Of a stretch of 64,000 bases of DNA, positions 12,401-25,300 are shown in pieces. The DNA is from Azolla caroliniana. Its lineage: Eukaryota > Plantae > Polypodiophyta. A model generated the notes under the pieces. The model saw only the letters and a program-made list of their open reading frames with translations. It was not told the DNA's origin and made no database searches. The stretch lies in contig JBHGNT010000004.1 of the NCBI GenBank assembly GCA_043228905.1, positions 10,664,001 to 10,728,000 on the forward strand, read 5' to 3'. The position numbers and the translations under genes were made by a program. Each line of letters starts with the position of its first letter. Position 1 is the first letter of the stretch.

Positions 12401-14378
12401 CCGGCCAGACAATCAGTGCACGTTCTTCACTGGAAAGAGGTTGTCGTCTGCAAGCCTCTTCATCCCCTTCTCGCTCATATGACACAGCCTCTTGTGCCAC
12501 AGCTCACCGGTAGTGTCGGATGCCACGTTCACTTCTTCCGGACATAACCGGGCATTCATCAGGTACAGTGTGTTGACCTTCTGGGCCCGAGCCACAATCA
12601 GGCTCCCTTTGCTGAACTTCATGACACCGTTCCGGATGCTACCCGTGTAGCCTTCATCATCTAGCCGACCGGCTGATATCAGGTTCAGACGAACCTCCGG
12701 ATCGTGTTGGACATCCTTCAGCAGCAACTTGCATCCGGTTGGTGTTGTCAGCCACACGTCTCCTATGCCGACAATTCGGCATGTACCTTCATTCCCCATC
12801 CAGACACAGCCGTGATCACCGGCTGCATAGAATGAGAAGCATTTCCGGTCCGGGGTAAGGTGGAACGACACTCCGGAGTCTACCACCCAGGTCATCTCGT
12901 CGCCGGCAAGGTTTATCTCACTCTCCTCAGTGATGAGCGTCAACTCTTCTTCACTTGCCGCGATTGCCGTCGTTCCCTTCCGGTCCGGGGTCCGCTTCGA
13001 ATCGGTACCGTCGGTTTCCTTGTCTTTTCGGAAATGCCGACAGTTCTTTTGGAAGTGTCCCGGGTTGCCACAATAGAAGCAAGTAGGCCTTCCCCTTGAC
13101 TTTGACCATGTCCCCGACTTCTCCCGGTTCTGGGGACTACAGTTTCTATGTCTTCTGCGTTCCGATTCGGTAAGGAGCGCTTTGGAGTCAGAGCTCGTAT
13201 CTTTATCTTTCCGACGCGCCTCCTCATCTAGCAAGCTCGACTTTACTCTTGCTAGGGATAACCGTTTTCCTTCCGGCCCGGCGTTGCCCAAAGTGACAAC
13301 CAACGTCTCCCAGCTATCCGGGAGGGAACCGAGCAGGAGTAGCGCTAGTACCTCATCGGTGAGAGGTACTTCCAATGAAGTTGCCTGGTGGATCAGCCCC
13401 TAGAAGGCATTCATGTGCTCCGCCATGCTGGAGCCATCTTAGTACCGGAGTCTTACTAGCTTCCGAAATCCCGAAACCTGATTAACAGCATTTTTGTTTT
13501 GAAACATAATGCCGATCTTCTCCCAGAGCTCATGAGCCTTGCTCTCTTCATTGAAGTTCTTGTATAGGCTCATGTCGATGAAGCACCGTATGTACGCCGT
13601 TGTCTTCATGTGCATCACCTCCCATATTGTGGCGTCGATCTTGTCCGGTCTCTTGTCCCCGAACTGAACCGGTAACCAAAGATCTTTAACCACGAGCATG
13701 TCCCTCATCTTCGACTTCCACACTGAATAGTTGGAGCCGGTGAGCTTGAACATGCCGCCAAACGATTCGTCCATTTTCTGTGTCGTTTTGCTATGATACC
13801 ACTTGACGGGAACTGCATGCTCCCTATACGCAACGCTCAGCCACAACCGAGCTTAGAATCATACACAGAAAACGGGAAATAAAGCACGACACGAAGAAGA
13901 GAAGAGTACGCAGGATGTTTACGTGGAAAACCCAAACTAAGGGAAAAACCACGACAGCCCACAGGCTGCAAACTATCACTATGTTAGAATGTACAATAGT
14001 GAGTTCACGGAGGCAACGACCTCGTGCTCACGATCCTCGCCACAAGCGGCGGTTACAACAGAGGCAACGACCTCTTTCTCTCTCTCTCTCTCTGTACACA
14101 GTTACACGCTCTCTCTCTTTCCTTGCACCAACAAGAATGACAACTACTACTAAAAAGTTTGCCCTAAGTCATATTTATACTAATATGACTTTTCGGCTAT
14201 TTACAAATATAGCCATGATGGACTCTCAGAAACATATTTACGAATATGTCTCTTCATCCGGTGAGCACTTCTCACCGGGTCTGCACCATCCGGCTCTCCG
14301 TAGCCGGTTACTCCTCATCCGGTTTCCCATCCGCACTGTTCTTCTCCCTTCCCATCCGGAGGGACCTGTCTCCCAACA
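9460..14378 (-). mobile_element. Element E: Ty1/copia retrotransposon
   Basis: TSD ACTCA on both sides; LTRs 13804-14378 (5') and 9460-9774 (3', internally deleted); PBS TGGTATCATAGC about 13790-13801; PPT about 9777-9785. Confidence 0.95.
9785..13774 (-). pseudogene. E gag-pol polyprotein, disrupted
   Basis: ORF pieces 13439-13846, 12413-13375, 12124-12363, 11776-12069, 11194-11679, 9785-11251 carry gag, CCHC knuckle, protease, integrase, RT, RNase H. Confidence 0.92.
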
Positions 14379-16453
14379 ACTCATAGAGCCGAATTGGTAC
14401 AGACCGATCTATTACGCCAGTCGTAAGCTATCAACTGTCGCGAGGAACTACTCCACAACCAAGTGTGAAGCCTTGGGGATGATATATAGCATCAACAAAT
14501 TCCGGCATTATCTGCTAGGGCACAAATTTACGTTTCACGTAGATCACGCGGCGTTACTGTATCTAGTTGAGAAACAGGCCCTGACATGGAAGTTGGCCAG
14601 ATGGATGTTGCTGCTCCAAGAGTTCAATTTCGCAATATAGCATTGGTCGAGCACGAAGCATGTCGTAGCTGATTTCTTAAGCAGAGTGGATAATGGAGAG
14701 AATGCGGTGAGGGACGATGACGACTTTCCTAACGCTAACATTCTGAGGATCACGAATATGGCATCACGGATAGAAAAGAATTTTCCATATCGTTGGCTGG
14801 TGGAAATGACGTACTTTCTGAGCATGGGACTGCCACCTCCGCAGTTAAGGACGGATGAAAAGAAACGATTGGTTGTCCGTAGTTGTAACTTTTGTCTGGT
14901 CGAAGGAGTACTTTACCACAAAGGCAGCGATGGGATATGGCGACGCGGGATACGCCAGGATGAAAAGGAAGTCGTTCTGCGCGAAACTCACTACGGTACG
15001 GCCGGGGGGACATTACGCAGGTGATGTGACGGCCCGAAAAATATGGCAAGCAGGTCTATGGTGGCCAACTACGCAAAAAGACGTGTATCAATACTATAGA
15101 CAGTGTGATCTATGTCAACGGTTGGGGCAACCTACGGAGCTCGCAAGGATGCCGAACCAACCGTTTCTTCCGCTGGATCCATTCCAGAAATGGGGTCTGG
15201 ATTTTGTCGGTCCCTTTACGCCGACAGAAGCACGAACCGGCAATAAGTACATTCTCATAGCCATGGATTCCTACACTAAGTGGGTAGAAGTAAAAGCATT
15301 ATGGGACAATACGGTGGCATCCACGGCAAAATTTCTTTACAAATACATTTGGTGTCGTCTTAGTTGCCCAATCGAGTTTATCAATGATCAAGGGAGACAC
15401 TTTCTGAATTCGGTCATCTTAGAGCTAACTCACCATTATGCCGTAGAGCATAAGAAGAGCAAGCCATATTACCTGCAGGTGAATGGGTTAGTGGAGTCCA
15501 CGAACAAGACATTACAGACCATAATGAAAAAGATTGTGAATGAGAATAGAACAGACTGGGATACCAAGCTGCACAACGCTTTGTGGGCATATCGGACGAG
15601 TTACAAAACTAGCATACAGTCCACACCTTTCCAGCTAGCATTTGGGTTAGAAGCCGTAATGCCCATCGAATTCCAGGTGTCCAGTTTAAGGATTCAAGTA
15701 CGAGACCGGCTGTCAGAAGGCAAGTCCAAGCAAATACGACTACAACAACTTCTCGAATTAGGCGAGACTCAGGTCCATAGTATGGCCATACTAGAACAAG
15801 AGAAGCGACGGTGTAAAGTGTTCGTGGATCGACATTGGGGCACATAGGAGAAATGCTTTGCAGGTGGGAAGGCCATATTGGTCTTTCAAACATGCATGGG
15901 TCAAATGCCAGGTAAGTTACAGTTCCGCTCGACAAGGCCGTACTGGATAGTTGGAGCGGAAAATGGCACCTTCCAATTGGGTACCCTCGCTGGAGTTATA
16001 CTTCGGCAAAAAGTGAATGGGTTTCGATTAAAACCTTATCTGGGACCTACGCCCCCGAACCTGTTTCACGCCATAACTGACACGTCAAAGGGGTCCAAAC
16101 ACTAATCAATAGTTGGGACCCACTTGTAATAAAATGTAATAGTAATATTGTACGTCACCATTAAAATTTAAGAAAAAGAAAAGAAAAGAAAAAGAGAAGA
16201 TAGTCATGACTATTAAAAGGTGTTTATGCATGCACAAACTCCAAGATCAAGCACACGCAGCACCATGATGTGACACATGACAATGAACCCTAGAACACAA
16301 AACGAGGGAAAAAGAAGGTTTTCCGCACACTACAAAAAACGGACTAACTCTCCTCGCCCTCCTCGCTCTCCTTGCTCCCCAACATACCATAGAGTCCACG
16401 CTCACCGTAGTTTGAGAGCTTCACCTATTCTACACAAGCCTCTTCCACCCACG

Positions 16454-17435
16454 ATGTCGATCACCATCTCTATAGCTTTACGCAGGTGCCTCCTGGAAAA
16501 GGGTTTTGAGGGGTACATCAGGGTCGCCGAAGCACTAGCACACCCTGATGCTCTCGACATCGCCAAAAAGCTCAATGTGGACACTGTGACAAATGCCACC
16601 ATTCAGAAAAAATTGAACCTATCCGCGAATGGGGAGAAACACTTCGGCATCCCCCCTACAGAAACTCTAGAAGAATATTTTGGGGAATAATCCGTATCAA
16701 CCAAGGCATACAGAACGAAAGACATCCCGAACCCATTCTTTCGGGAAATATCCAAGTTCCTACTTGAGGTCGGTTGCGTGCACGTCAACGCGTACGGGAA
16801 GTCAAAACAGAAGGTAGGCATCATCATTGATACATTCGAAGGGCGCGCAGTAGATTGGGTAGTGATTACAGGACCAACGCTAAGAGAGGGCTTGCACACA
16901 TACCAGGCCGGCAAAAAGCTAAGGCCAATTATACAACAGTACCTTACGATACTGTTTCCGCCTCGTGGTCTGCCCGCCCCACCACCCAGTAAACCTACGC
17001 CTCCGCCATGATCCGCGAAACGGCGGTTATCGGAATTGGCAACCACAGAATGGGAAGAGGAACCACAACCTTCCCACCCCGTAGCGCAACTGATGCAGTC
17101 GGAACAACCGACAAGGACAGTCGAAGCACCAACAACAACGAATGAGCAAAAAACGGAACAAAACCACGAAATCCCTTGGCCAAAACAGCGAAGATTAGAT
17201 CGGAAGGATGATCGTAGATTGGTCAAAGACACAGCCACACCAGTTGACAGTTCCGCCCCTATGGAGCACATAACTACATTGGAGATAATCCGGGAACCAC
17301 AGCCAATCATTACGGCTCAGTCACATCATGGCAAAGGAGTGCTCATAGCGGAAAGCGAAGTCCTCAAGTATCTAGACATCCCGGATATGGCCCATGAGTT
17401 CGGCGCACTATTACAGTGTGGGACGACTTACGAAC
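16454..17435 (+). pseudogene. C extra 3' ORF, N-terminal part (unknown domain plus Pro-rich linker)
   Basis: AHPDA, EEYFGE*SVSTKAYRT and EGRAVDWVVITGPTLR align with the D 3' ORF; cut by insertion H. Confidence 0.75.
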
Positions 17436-17529
17436 TGTTGAGAATCAAGCTCAACCTAGTCTAGTGTGTGAACACACTCTTGAGAGTGTGCACTCAAAGG
17501 TTAAAAGTCACCACTCTTATCTACACATT

Positions 17530-18265
17530 TGTTGGTAGACAAGTCCCTCCGGATGGGAAGGGAGAAGAACAGTGCCGACGAACAAACTCGGCCGAGGCCG
17601 ATAGGCCGAGGCCAAAATGGTATGAAGGTGGATGAGGAGTACCCGACTGCGGAGAGTCGGATGGTGTAGGCCCGACTGCGGAAAGCAGGATGAGGAGTAC
17701 CCGACTGCGGAGAGTCGGATGGTGTAGGCCCGGTATGAACCGGATGGGAAGTACCCGACTGCGGAGAGCCGGATGAGGAGTACCCGACTGCGGAGAGCCG
17801 GATGGAGCCCATCAAGGCTACATTTGTAAATAGCTGAAAAGTCATATTAGTAAAATATGACTTAGGGCAAACCTTTTAGATATACGTGTGTGTTGTTGTC
17901 ATTCTTGTTATTATTCCTTCTTGTTGGTGCAAGTAGAAATCAGAGCGCGTAACTGTACAGAGTGAGAGAGAGAAAGAGAGACGAGGTCATTGCCTGCCTC
18001 TGTTGTAACCGCCGCCTGTGGCGAAGATCTGAGAGCACGAGGTCGTTGCCTCAGTGATCTCACTGTTGTATACTTCTGCATAGTGACAGTTTGCAGCTTG
18101 TGGGCTGTCGTGGTTTTTCCCCTATTTTTTGGGGTTTTCCACGTATACCTCCTGTGCACCATTTCTCCTCTTTTGTGTTGCGTTTTAATTACTTGTTTTG
18201 CTGTGTATGTCAAGAATCTCGGTTGTGGCCGAGCGACGGACATAAGGAACGTCGAGTTCCCAACA
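17530..18265 (+). mobile_element. Solo LTR I (E-related copia family)
   Basis: TGTTGG...CCCAACA; TSD ACATT/CCATT; similar to E LTR; about 29-bp internal repeats at about 17630-17810. Confidence 0.88.
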
Positions 18266-21200
18266 CCATTAACTATGTGTCATAGAATCATATTCTATGA
18301 CACATAACTAATGAGTTTTCACATTCCCCATGACCCATGACCTTCAGTAGTTAATGAAGAGAGAGAGTGACTATATAAAGCACTCTCCTCCTACTTGTTG
18401 GGATTACGGTCCCTCCGGATGGGATGGTCGGATGTCCGGGAATCGATGATGAAGACCCCGGCTACAGAGCCGGATGATGAAGACCCCGGCTACGGAGCCG
18501 GATGATGAAGACCCCGGCTACGGAGCCGGATGATGAAGACCTCGGCTACGGAGCCGGATGACGGATGTACCCGGAGAGAGATCCGGATGCGGGAACATAT
18601 TTGTGAATATGTTTGCCAAGGGCCCTTGAGGCTATATTTGTAAATAGCCCGTAAGTCATATGTGTATAAATGTGACTTAGGGCAAACAGTTGTTGTTGTT
18701 GCTCATTTTTCTTGTTTGCGAAGTGAGAGCAGCCGAGAGAGAGAGAGAGAGAGAGAGACGACGAGGTCGTTGCCTCTGTGTATTACCGCCGCCTGTGGCG
18801 AAGACAGTGAGCTCAAGGTTGTTGCCTTGTAGCTTCACCATTGTACATCTCTGTTTATAGTGATAGTTGGAGTTTGAGGACTCCCGTGGTTTTTCCCATT
18901 TAGGGTTTTCCACGTAAAACATCCTGTGTACCTTTCTCTCTGTTGTCTTCGTGCATTTTGTATTTCCTGTTTTCTGTGAGTTGATCCTATTCCTCGGTGG
19001 TGGCCGAGCGCTGTGTTCAACAAAGTGGTATCAGAGCGACGGTAACACAGAAAATGGAAGGCGGCGGTAGTGGGCCTCCGGGCATGATGGTGTTGAACTC
19101 ACAGAACTACGCCGACTGGAAGATAAAGATGGAAGACCTTCTCATCGTCTGAGACCTGTATGAACCGATCGACAATGCCGAGATACCCAAGGGGGTAATA
19201 GAGTCGGAGTGGAAGCTTCTGAACCGGAAAGCCGTAGCAACGATCCGGCAATATGTCGATGTAAGTGTTCTGCAACATGTGGCGAACGATACGAACGCCT
19301 ATGAGATGTGGCAGAAGCTGTCCGGACTGTATGAGAGGAAGAATGCTCTGACCCGGACCTCCCTGATGAGGAAGATAGTGAATCTTAAGTACCGGGACGG
19401 CGAGAGCATGGTTGAACACGTCAGCACGTTCATGGGATTCGTGAACCAGCTTGCGGCGATCAAGTTCCCGTTGGATGACGCAATGCAAGCCATCATGCTG
19501 ATGTGTACCCTTCCGGAGAGCTGGGAGAACTTGGTAGTTACTCTCAGCACCTCCTGTAAGGAAGAGAACTTGTCTTTACAAACGGTAAAGACAAGTATTC
19601 TAAATGAAGAAGCGCGTCGGAGAGACAAAGAACCGGCCTCCGACTCGAAGGCGCTGCTTACCGAATCGGAACGGGGAAGACAACGGAACCGGAGTCCACA
19701 AAGACGGGAGAAGTCGGGGACACGGTCGCAGTCGAGGGGAAGACCTACATGCTTCTACTGTGGGAAGCCGGGGCACTTCCAGAAGAACTGTCGACATTTC
19801 CGGAAAGACAACGGAACCGACGGTACCGATTCGAAGAAGTCACCGGAGCGAAACGGTGCATACCGGGGAGCCACGGACCGGAGAGGTCCGGATCGGCGAG
19901 GGCAGGACCGGAAAGGAACGACGGCACTCGCGGCAAGTGAAGAAGAGATAATGCTCATTACCGAAGAGAGGGAGCTGAACCTTGCCGGTGAAGAGATGAC
20001 CTGGGTGGTCGATTCCGGAGCGTCGTTCCACCTGACCCCGGAGAAGAAATACTTCTCATCCTACACAGCCGGTGAGCACGGCTATGTCCGGATGGGAAAT
20101 GAAGGTACATGCCGGATTGCCGGCATAGGAGACGTGTGGCTGATGACATCAACCGGATGCAAGATGCTGCTGAAGGATGTTCGACACGTTCCGGAGGTTC
20201 GATTGAACCTGATTTCGGCCGGGAGGCTAGACGATGAAGGCTACACGGGTAGCATCCGGAACGGTGTCATGAAGTTCAGCAAAGGGAGCCTGATAGTGGC
20301 TCGGGCCCGGAAGGTCAACACACTGTACCTTATGAATGCCTGGTTGTGTCCGGAGGAGTTGAACGTGGCAGCCGACGCTGCCGGTGAGCTGTGGCACAAG
20401 AGACTGTGCCACATGAGTGAGAAGGGGATGAAGAGGCTTGCAGAAGACAACCTTATTCCAGTGAAGCATGTGCACCTGGAGAAGTGCACCGATTGCCTGG
20501 CCGGTAAGCAGAACCGAACCTCCTTCCACTCAAGGCCACCGACGAGACGTAGCGCCACATTGGAGTTGGTGCACACTGACGTGTGTCAAGTAGAAACGAA
20601 GTCACATGGCGGAGCCTAGTACTTTGTGACATTCATTGATGACCACAGCCGGAAGCTATGGACGGCACCGTTGAAGACAAAGGACCAAGTGTTGTGCGTC
20701 TTCAAAGAACTCCACGCGAGAGTGGAAAGGGAATCCGGCAAGAAGCTGAAAGCGATACGAGCGGATAACGGAGGGGAATACCGGGGGCAGTTCAAGGAGT
20801 ACTGTCGCTCGAAGGGAATCCGGCTCGAGTTTACTGTGCCGAAGACGCCGGAACTGAACGGGCTGGCCGAGAGGATGAACCGGACCATAATGGAGAGGGT
20901 CCGGAGTATGCTGGCGCATGCGAAATTACCCAAGGGGTTTTGGGCTGAGGCAATGTCGATGGCGACGTATGTGATAAATAGATCACCCTCAGTACCTTTG
21001 GACGGAGACACGCCGCAGAAAGTGTGGACCGGTAAGGAAGTGTCCTACCGGCATCTGAAGGTGTTCGGGTGTCTCGCATACGTGCATGTGGCAAAGGACC
21101 GGAGAGGAAAGTTAGATCCAAAGAGCCGGCCATGCATATTCCTCGGTTACGGCGACGACGAGTTTGGCTACCGAGTATGGGACCCGGTCGACAAGAAGAT

Positions 21201-22333
21201 ATTCAGGAGTCGAGATATCATCTTCATGGAGGACAAGACACTCGCCGACTGGGAGTCGGAGAAGAAGATGAAGAGCTCCAAGTCGACCAGTGAGGATCAA
21301 CTTTACGAAGAGCAGTCCCGACCGGCAAGGGACCGGTTAGCACTCGAGGATCCGGCCGAAGACGGTGAAGAAACAGAACCGGCCGAGGAAGACGAAACTG
21401 ATACCGGAACCGGCCCCGATCCCGAAATGGATTCGGATGAAGAGGAATCGGAGGAGCCGGTTACCGAAGCTCCGGAACGGAGATATCCTCTAAGAGAGAG
21501 AAGGGCCCCCCGGAGATTTCCGGAACCAGAGCACGTGCTGCTAACCGACGAGGGGGAGCCGGAGAGTTTTGAAGAAGCAAAGCTTGACACCCATAGCCGC
21601 AGGTGGTTAAGTGCCATGCAGGAGGAGATGGATTCCCTGCATGAGAACCACACATATGAACTTGTGGAGTTGTCGAAAGGAAAGCGGGCACTTCGAAACA
21701 AGTGGGTGTTCAAGCTGAAACCGGGAGATGCCGGAAACCCCCCGAGATACAAAGCCAGGATCGTGGTGAAGGGGTTCCAGCAAAAGAAGGGCGTCGACTT
21801 CGACGAGATATTTGCCCCGGTAGTGAAGATGACCTCCATCCGGACGGTGCTGAGCATAGCGGCAAGCATGGACCTCGAGGTAGAACAGATGGACGTGAAG
21901 ACGGCATTCCTTCACGGTGACCTCGAAGAAGAGATCTACATGCAGCAACCGGAAGGATTCGAGAAGGAAGGGAAGGAGCACCTGGTATGCCGGTTGAAGA
22001 AGAGCCTTTACGGACTGAAGCAGGCTCCCCGGCAATGGTACCGGAAGTTCGACTCTTTCATGACCGACGAAGGGTACCACAAAACGCAGTCCGATCACTG
22101 CGTGTTTGTGAAGAAGTTCGAAGGAGGAGACTTTCTAATACTCCTCCTGTACGTGGACGACATGTTGATCGTCGGACGGGACCAGGTCAAGATACGGATG
22201 CTGAAGAAAGCGCTTCACCGAACCTTCTCAATGAAGGACCTGGGTCCGGCGAGGCAAATACTAGGGATGCACATCATCCGGGACCGGAAGAAGAAGCAGT
22301 TGTGGCTGTCACAGGAGAAGTACGTAACAAAGG

Positions 22334-25300
22334 TGTTGGGATTTGGGTCCCTTCGGATGGGATGGTCGGATGTCGGAAATGAATGCCGACGAGCCCGGTT
22401 TCGGTTTCGGATCCGGATGACGAAGACCCCGGCTTCGGTGCCGGATGACGAATGTACCCGGAGAGCGATCCGGATGCAGGGACATATCCGTGAATATGTT
22501 CGCTATGGGCCCCTGAGGCTATAGTTGTAAATAGCCCAAAGTCATATAAGTATAAATATGACTTAGGGCAAACAGTTTTACTGTTGCTACTCATTTTTCT
22601 GTTTTTCCACTCAAGAGGAGTGAAGAGAGAGCAGCCGTGAGAGAGAGAGAGAGATAGAGCGCGAGAGAGGAAGAGGTAGACGCCTCTGTGTATTTTCCGC
22701 TGCCTGTGGCGAGGACAGCGAGCTCAAGGTCGTCGCCTTGCAGCTCGCCATTGTATACTTCTCTGTATAGTATTGGTTTGGAGTCATGTACTCCCGTGGT
22801 TTTTCCCGTCTAGGGTTTTCCACGTTAATCCCTGTGTGCTCGCGCCTTTTTTTTTGTTTCTCCGTGTGGTTCCTATTTTCTGCTGCATTGATCCGCGATT
22901 AATCGGTTGTGGCCGAGTGGAGAAGGTGAATAGAAGTGTCGATTCTCAACAATCTGGTATCAGAGCGAGCTGTTGCAGAAAATGGAAGGCGGCGGCAGCG
23001 GGCAGCCGGGGATGATGGTGCTGAATGCGCAGAATTACGCCGACTGGAAGATCAAGATGGAGGATCTTCTGATTGTTCGGGACCTGTACGAACCGATTGA
23101 CAGGTCGGAAATACCGAAGGGGGTACTTGAGTCGGAGTGGAAGCTCCTGAACCGGAAAGCCGTAGCGACGATCCGACAATATGTCGATGTAAGCGTCCTA
23201 CAACACGTGGCGAATGACACCAACGCATATGAGATGTGGAAGAAGCTGTCGGGCCTCTACGAGAGGAAGAATGCGTTGAACCGGACCTCCCTGATGAGGA
23301 AGATAGTGAACCTCAAGTACTGGGACGGCGAGAGTATGGTTGAACACGTAAGCACGTTCATGGGATTCGTGAACCAGCTTGCGGCGATTAAGTTCCCGTT
23401 GGAGGATGCAATGCAAGCCATCATTCTGATGTGTACATTACCGGAAAGCTGGGAGAACTTGGTGGTGACTCTCAGCACCTCCTGCACCGAAGATAACCTG
23501 TCCTTACAAACGGTAAAGACAAGTATTTTGAACGAAGAAGCGCGTCGGAGAGATAAAGAACCGGCCTCCGACTCGAAGGCGCTGCTTACCGAATCGGATC
23601 GGGGAAGACAATGGAACCGGAGTCCGCAAAGACGGGAGAAGTCGGGGACCCGGTCGCAGTCAAGAGGAAGGCCCACATGCTTCCACTGTGGGAAGCCGGG
23701 GCACTTCCGAAAGAATTGTCGGCATTACCGAAAAGACAACGGAGCCGACGACACCGATTCGAAGAAGTCACCGGAGAGAAACGGTGCATACCGGGGAGCC
23801 ACGGACCGGAGAGGTTCGGATCGGCGAGGGCAGGACCGGAAAGGAACAACGGCACTCGCGGCAAGTGAGGAAGAAATCATGCTCATCACCGAAGAAGGTG
23901 AACTAAACATTGCCGGCGATGAGACGACCTGGGTGGTCGATTCCGGAGCATCGTTCCACCTGACCCCGGAGAGAAGATACTTCTCATCCTACACAGCCGG
24001 TGAGCATGGCTGTGTTCGGATGGGAAATGAAGGTACGTGCCGGATTGCCGGCATAGGAGACGTGTGGTTGACAACCCCGACCGGATGCAAAATGCTGCTG
24101 AAGGATGTCCGACACGTTCCGGAGGTTCGATTGAACCTGATTTTGGCCGGTAGGCTGGACGATGAAGGCTACACAGGTAGCATCCGGAACGGCGTAATGA
24201 AGTTCAGCAAAGGGAGCCTGATAGTGGCTCGGGCCCGGAAAGACAACACACTGTACCTGATGAATGCCCGGCTATGTCCGGAAGAGCTGAATGTGGCAGC
24301 CGACACTGCCGGTGAGCTGTAGCACAAAAGACTGTGCCACATGAGCGAGAAGGGGATGAAGAGGCTTGCAGAAGACAACCTTATTCCAGTGAAGCATGTG
24401 CACCTGGAGAAGTGCACCGATTGCCTGGCCGGTAAGCAGAACCGAACCTCCTTCCACTCAAGGCCACCGACGAGACGTAGCGCACCATTGGAGTTGGTGC
24501 ACACTGATGTGTGTCAGGTAGAAACGAAGTCACATGGCGGAGCCCAGTACTTCGTAACATTCATTGATGATCACAGCCGGAAGCTGTGGACGGCACCGTT
24601 GAAGACAAAGGACCAAGTGTTGTGCGTCTTCAAAGAACTCCACGCGAGAGTGGAAAGGGAATCCGGCAAGAAGCTGAAAGCGATACGAGCGGATAACGGA
24701 GGGGAATACCGGGGGCAGTTCGAGGAGTACTGTCGCTCGAAGGGAATCCGGCTCGAGTTTACTGTGCCGAAGACGCCGGAACTGAACGGGCTGGCCGAGA
24801 GGATGAACCGGACCATAATGGAGAGGGTCCGGAGTATGCTGGCGCATGCAAAATTACCCAAGGGGTTTTGGGCTGAGGCAATGTCGACGGCGACATACGT
24901 GATAAACAGATCACCCTCAGTACCTTTGGAAGGAGACACGCCGCAGAGAGTGTGGACCGGTAGGGAAGTATCCTACCGGCATCTGAAGGTGTTCGGGTGT
25001 CTCGCATACGTGCATGTGGCAAAGGACCGGAGAGGAAAGCTAGATCCAAAGACCCGGCCATGCATATTCCTCGGTTATGGCGACGACGAGTTCGGCTACC
25101 GAGTATGGGACCCGGTCGACAAGAAGATATTCAGGAGTCGAGACATCATCTTCATGGAGGACAAGACACTCGCCGACTGGGAGTCGGAGAAGAAGATGAA
25201 GAGCTCCAAGTCGACCGGTGAGGATCAACTCTACGAGGAGCAGTCCCGACCGGCAAGGGACCGGTTAGCACTCGAGGATCCGGCCGAAGACGGTGAAGAA

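Larger units (their letters stand above)
8532..16105 (+). pseudogene. C pol (RT-RNase H-integrase), interrupted by E at 9460-14378
   Basis: YQMNPNYA...VDYRKLN...FLDD...VDASD|IEPNWYRPIYYASRKL...WGLDFVGP; several stops. Confidence 0.9.

Noticed and set aside
18445-18560. CRISPR-like 28-bp repeats (also 17630-17810 and 56455-56720)
   Set aside because: Head-to-tail or degenerate repeats inside eukaryotic retroelements; no cas genes.
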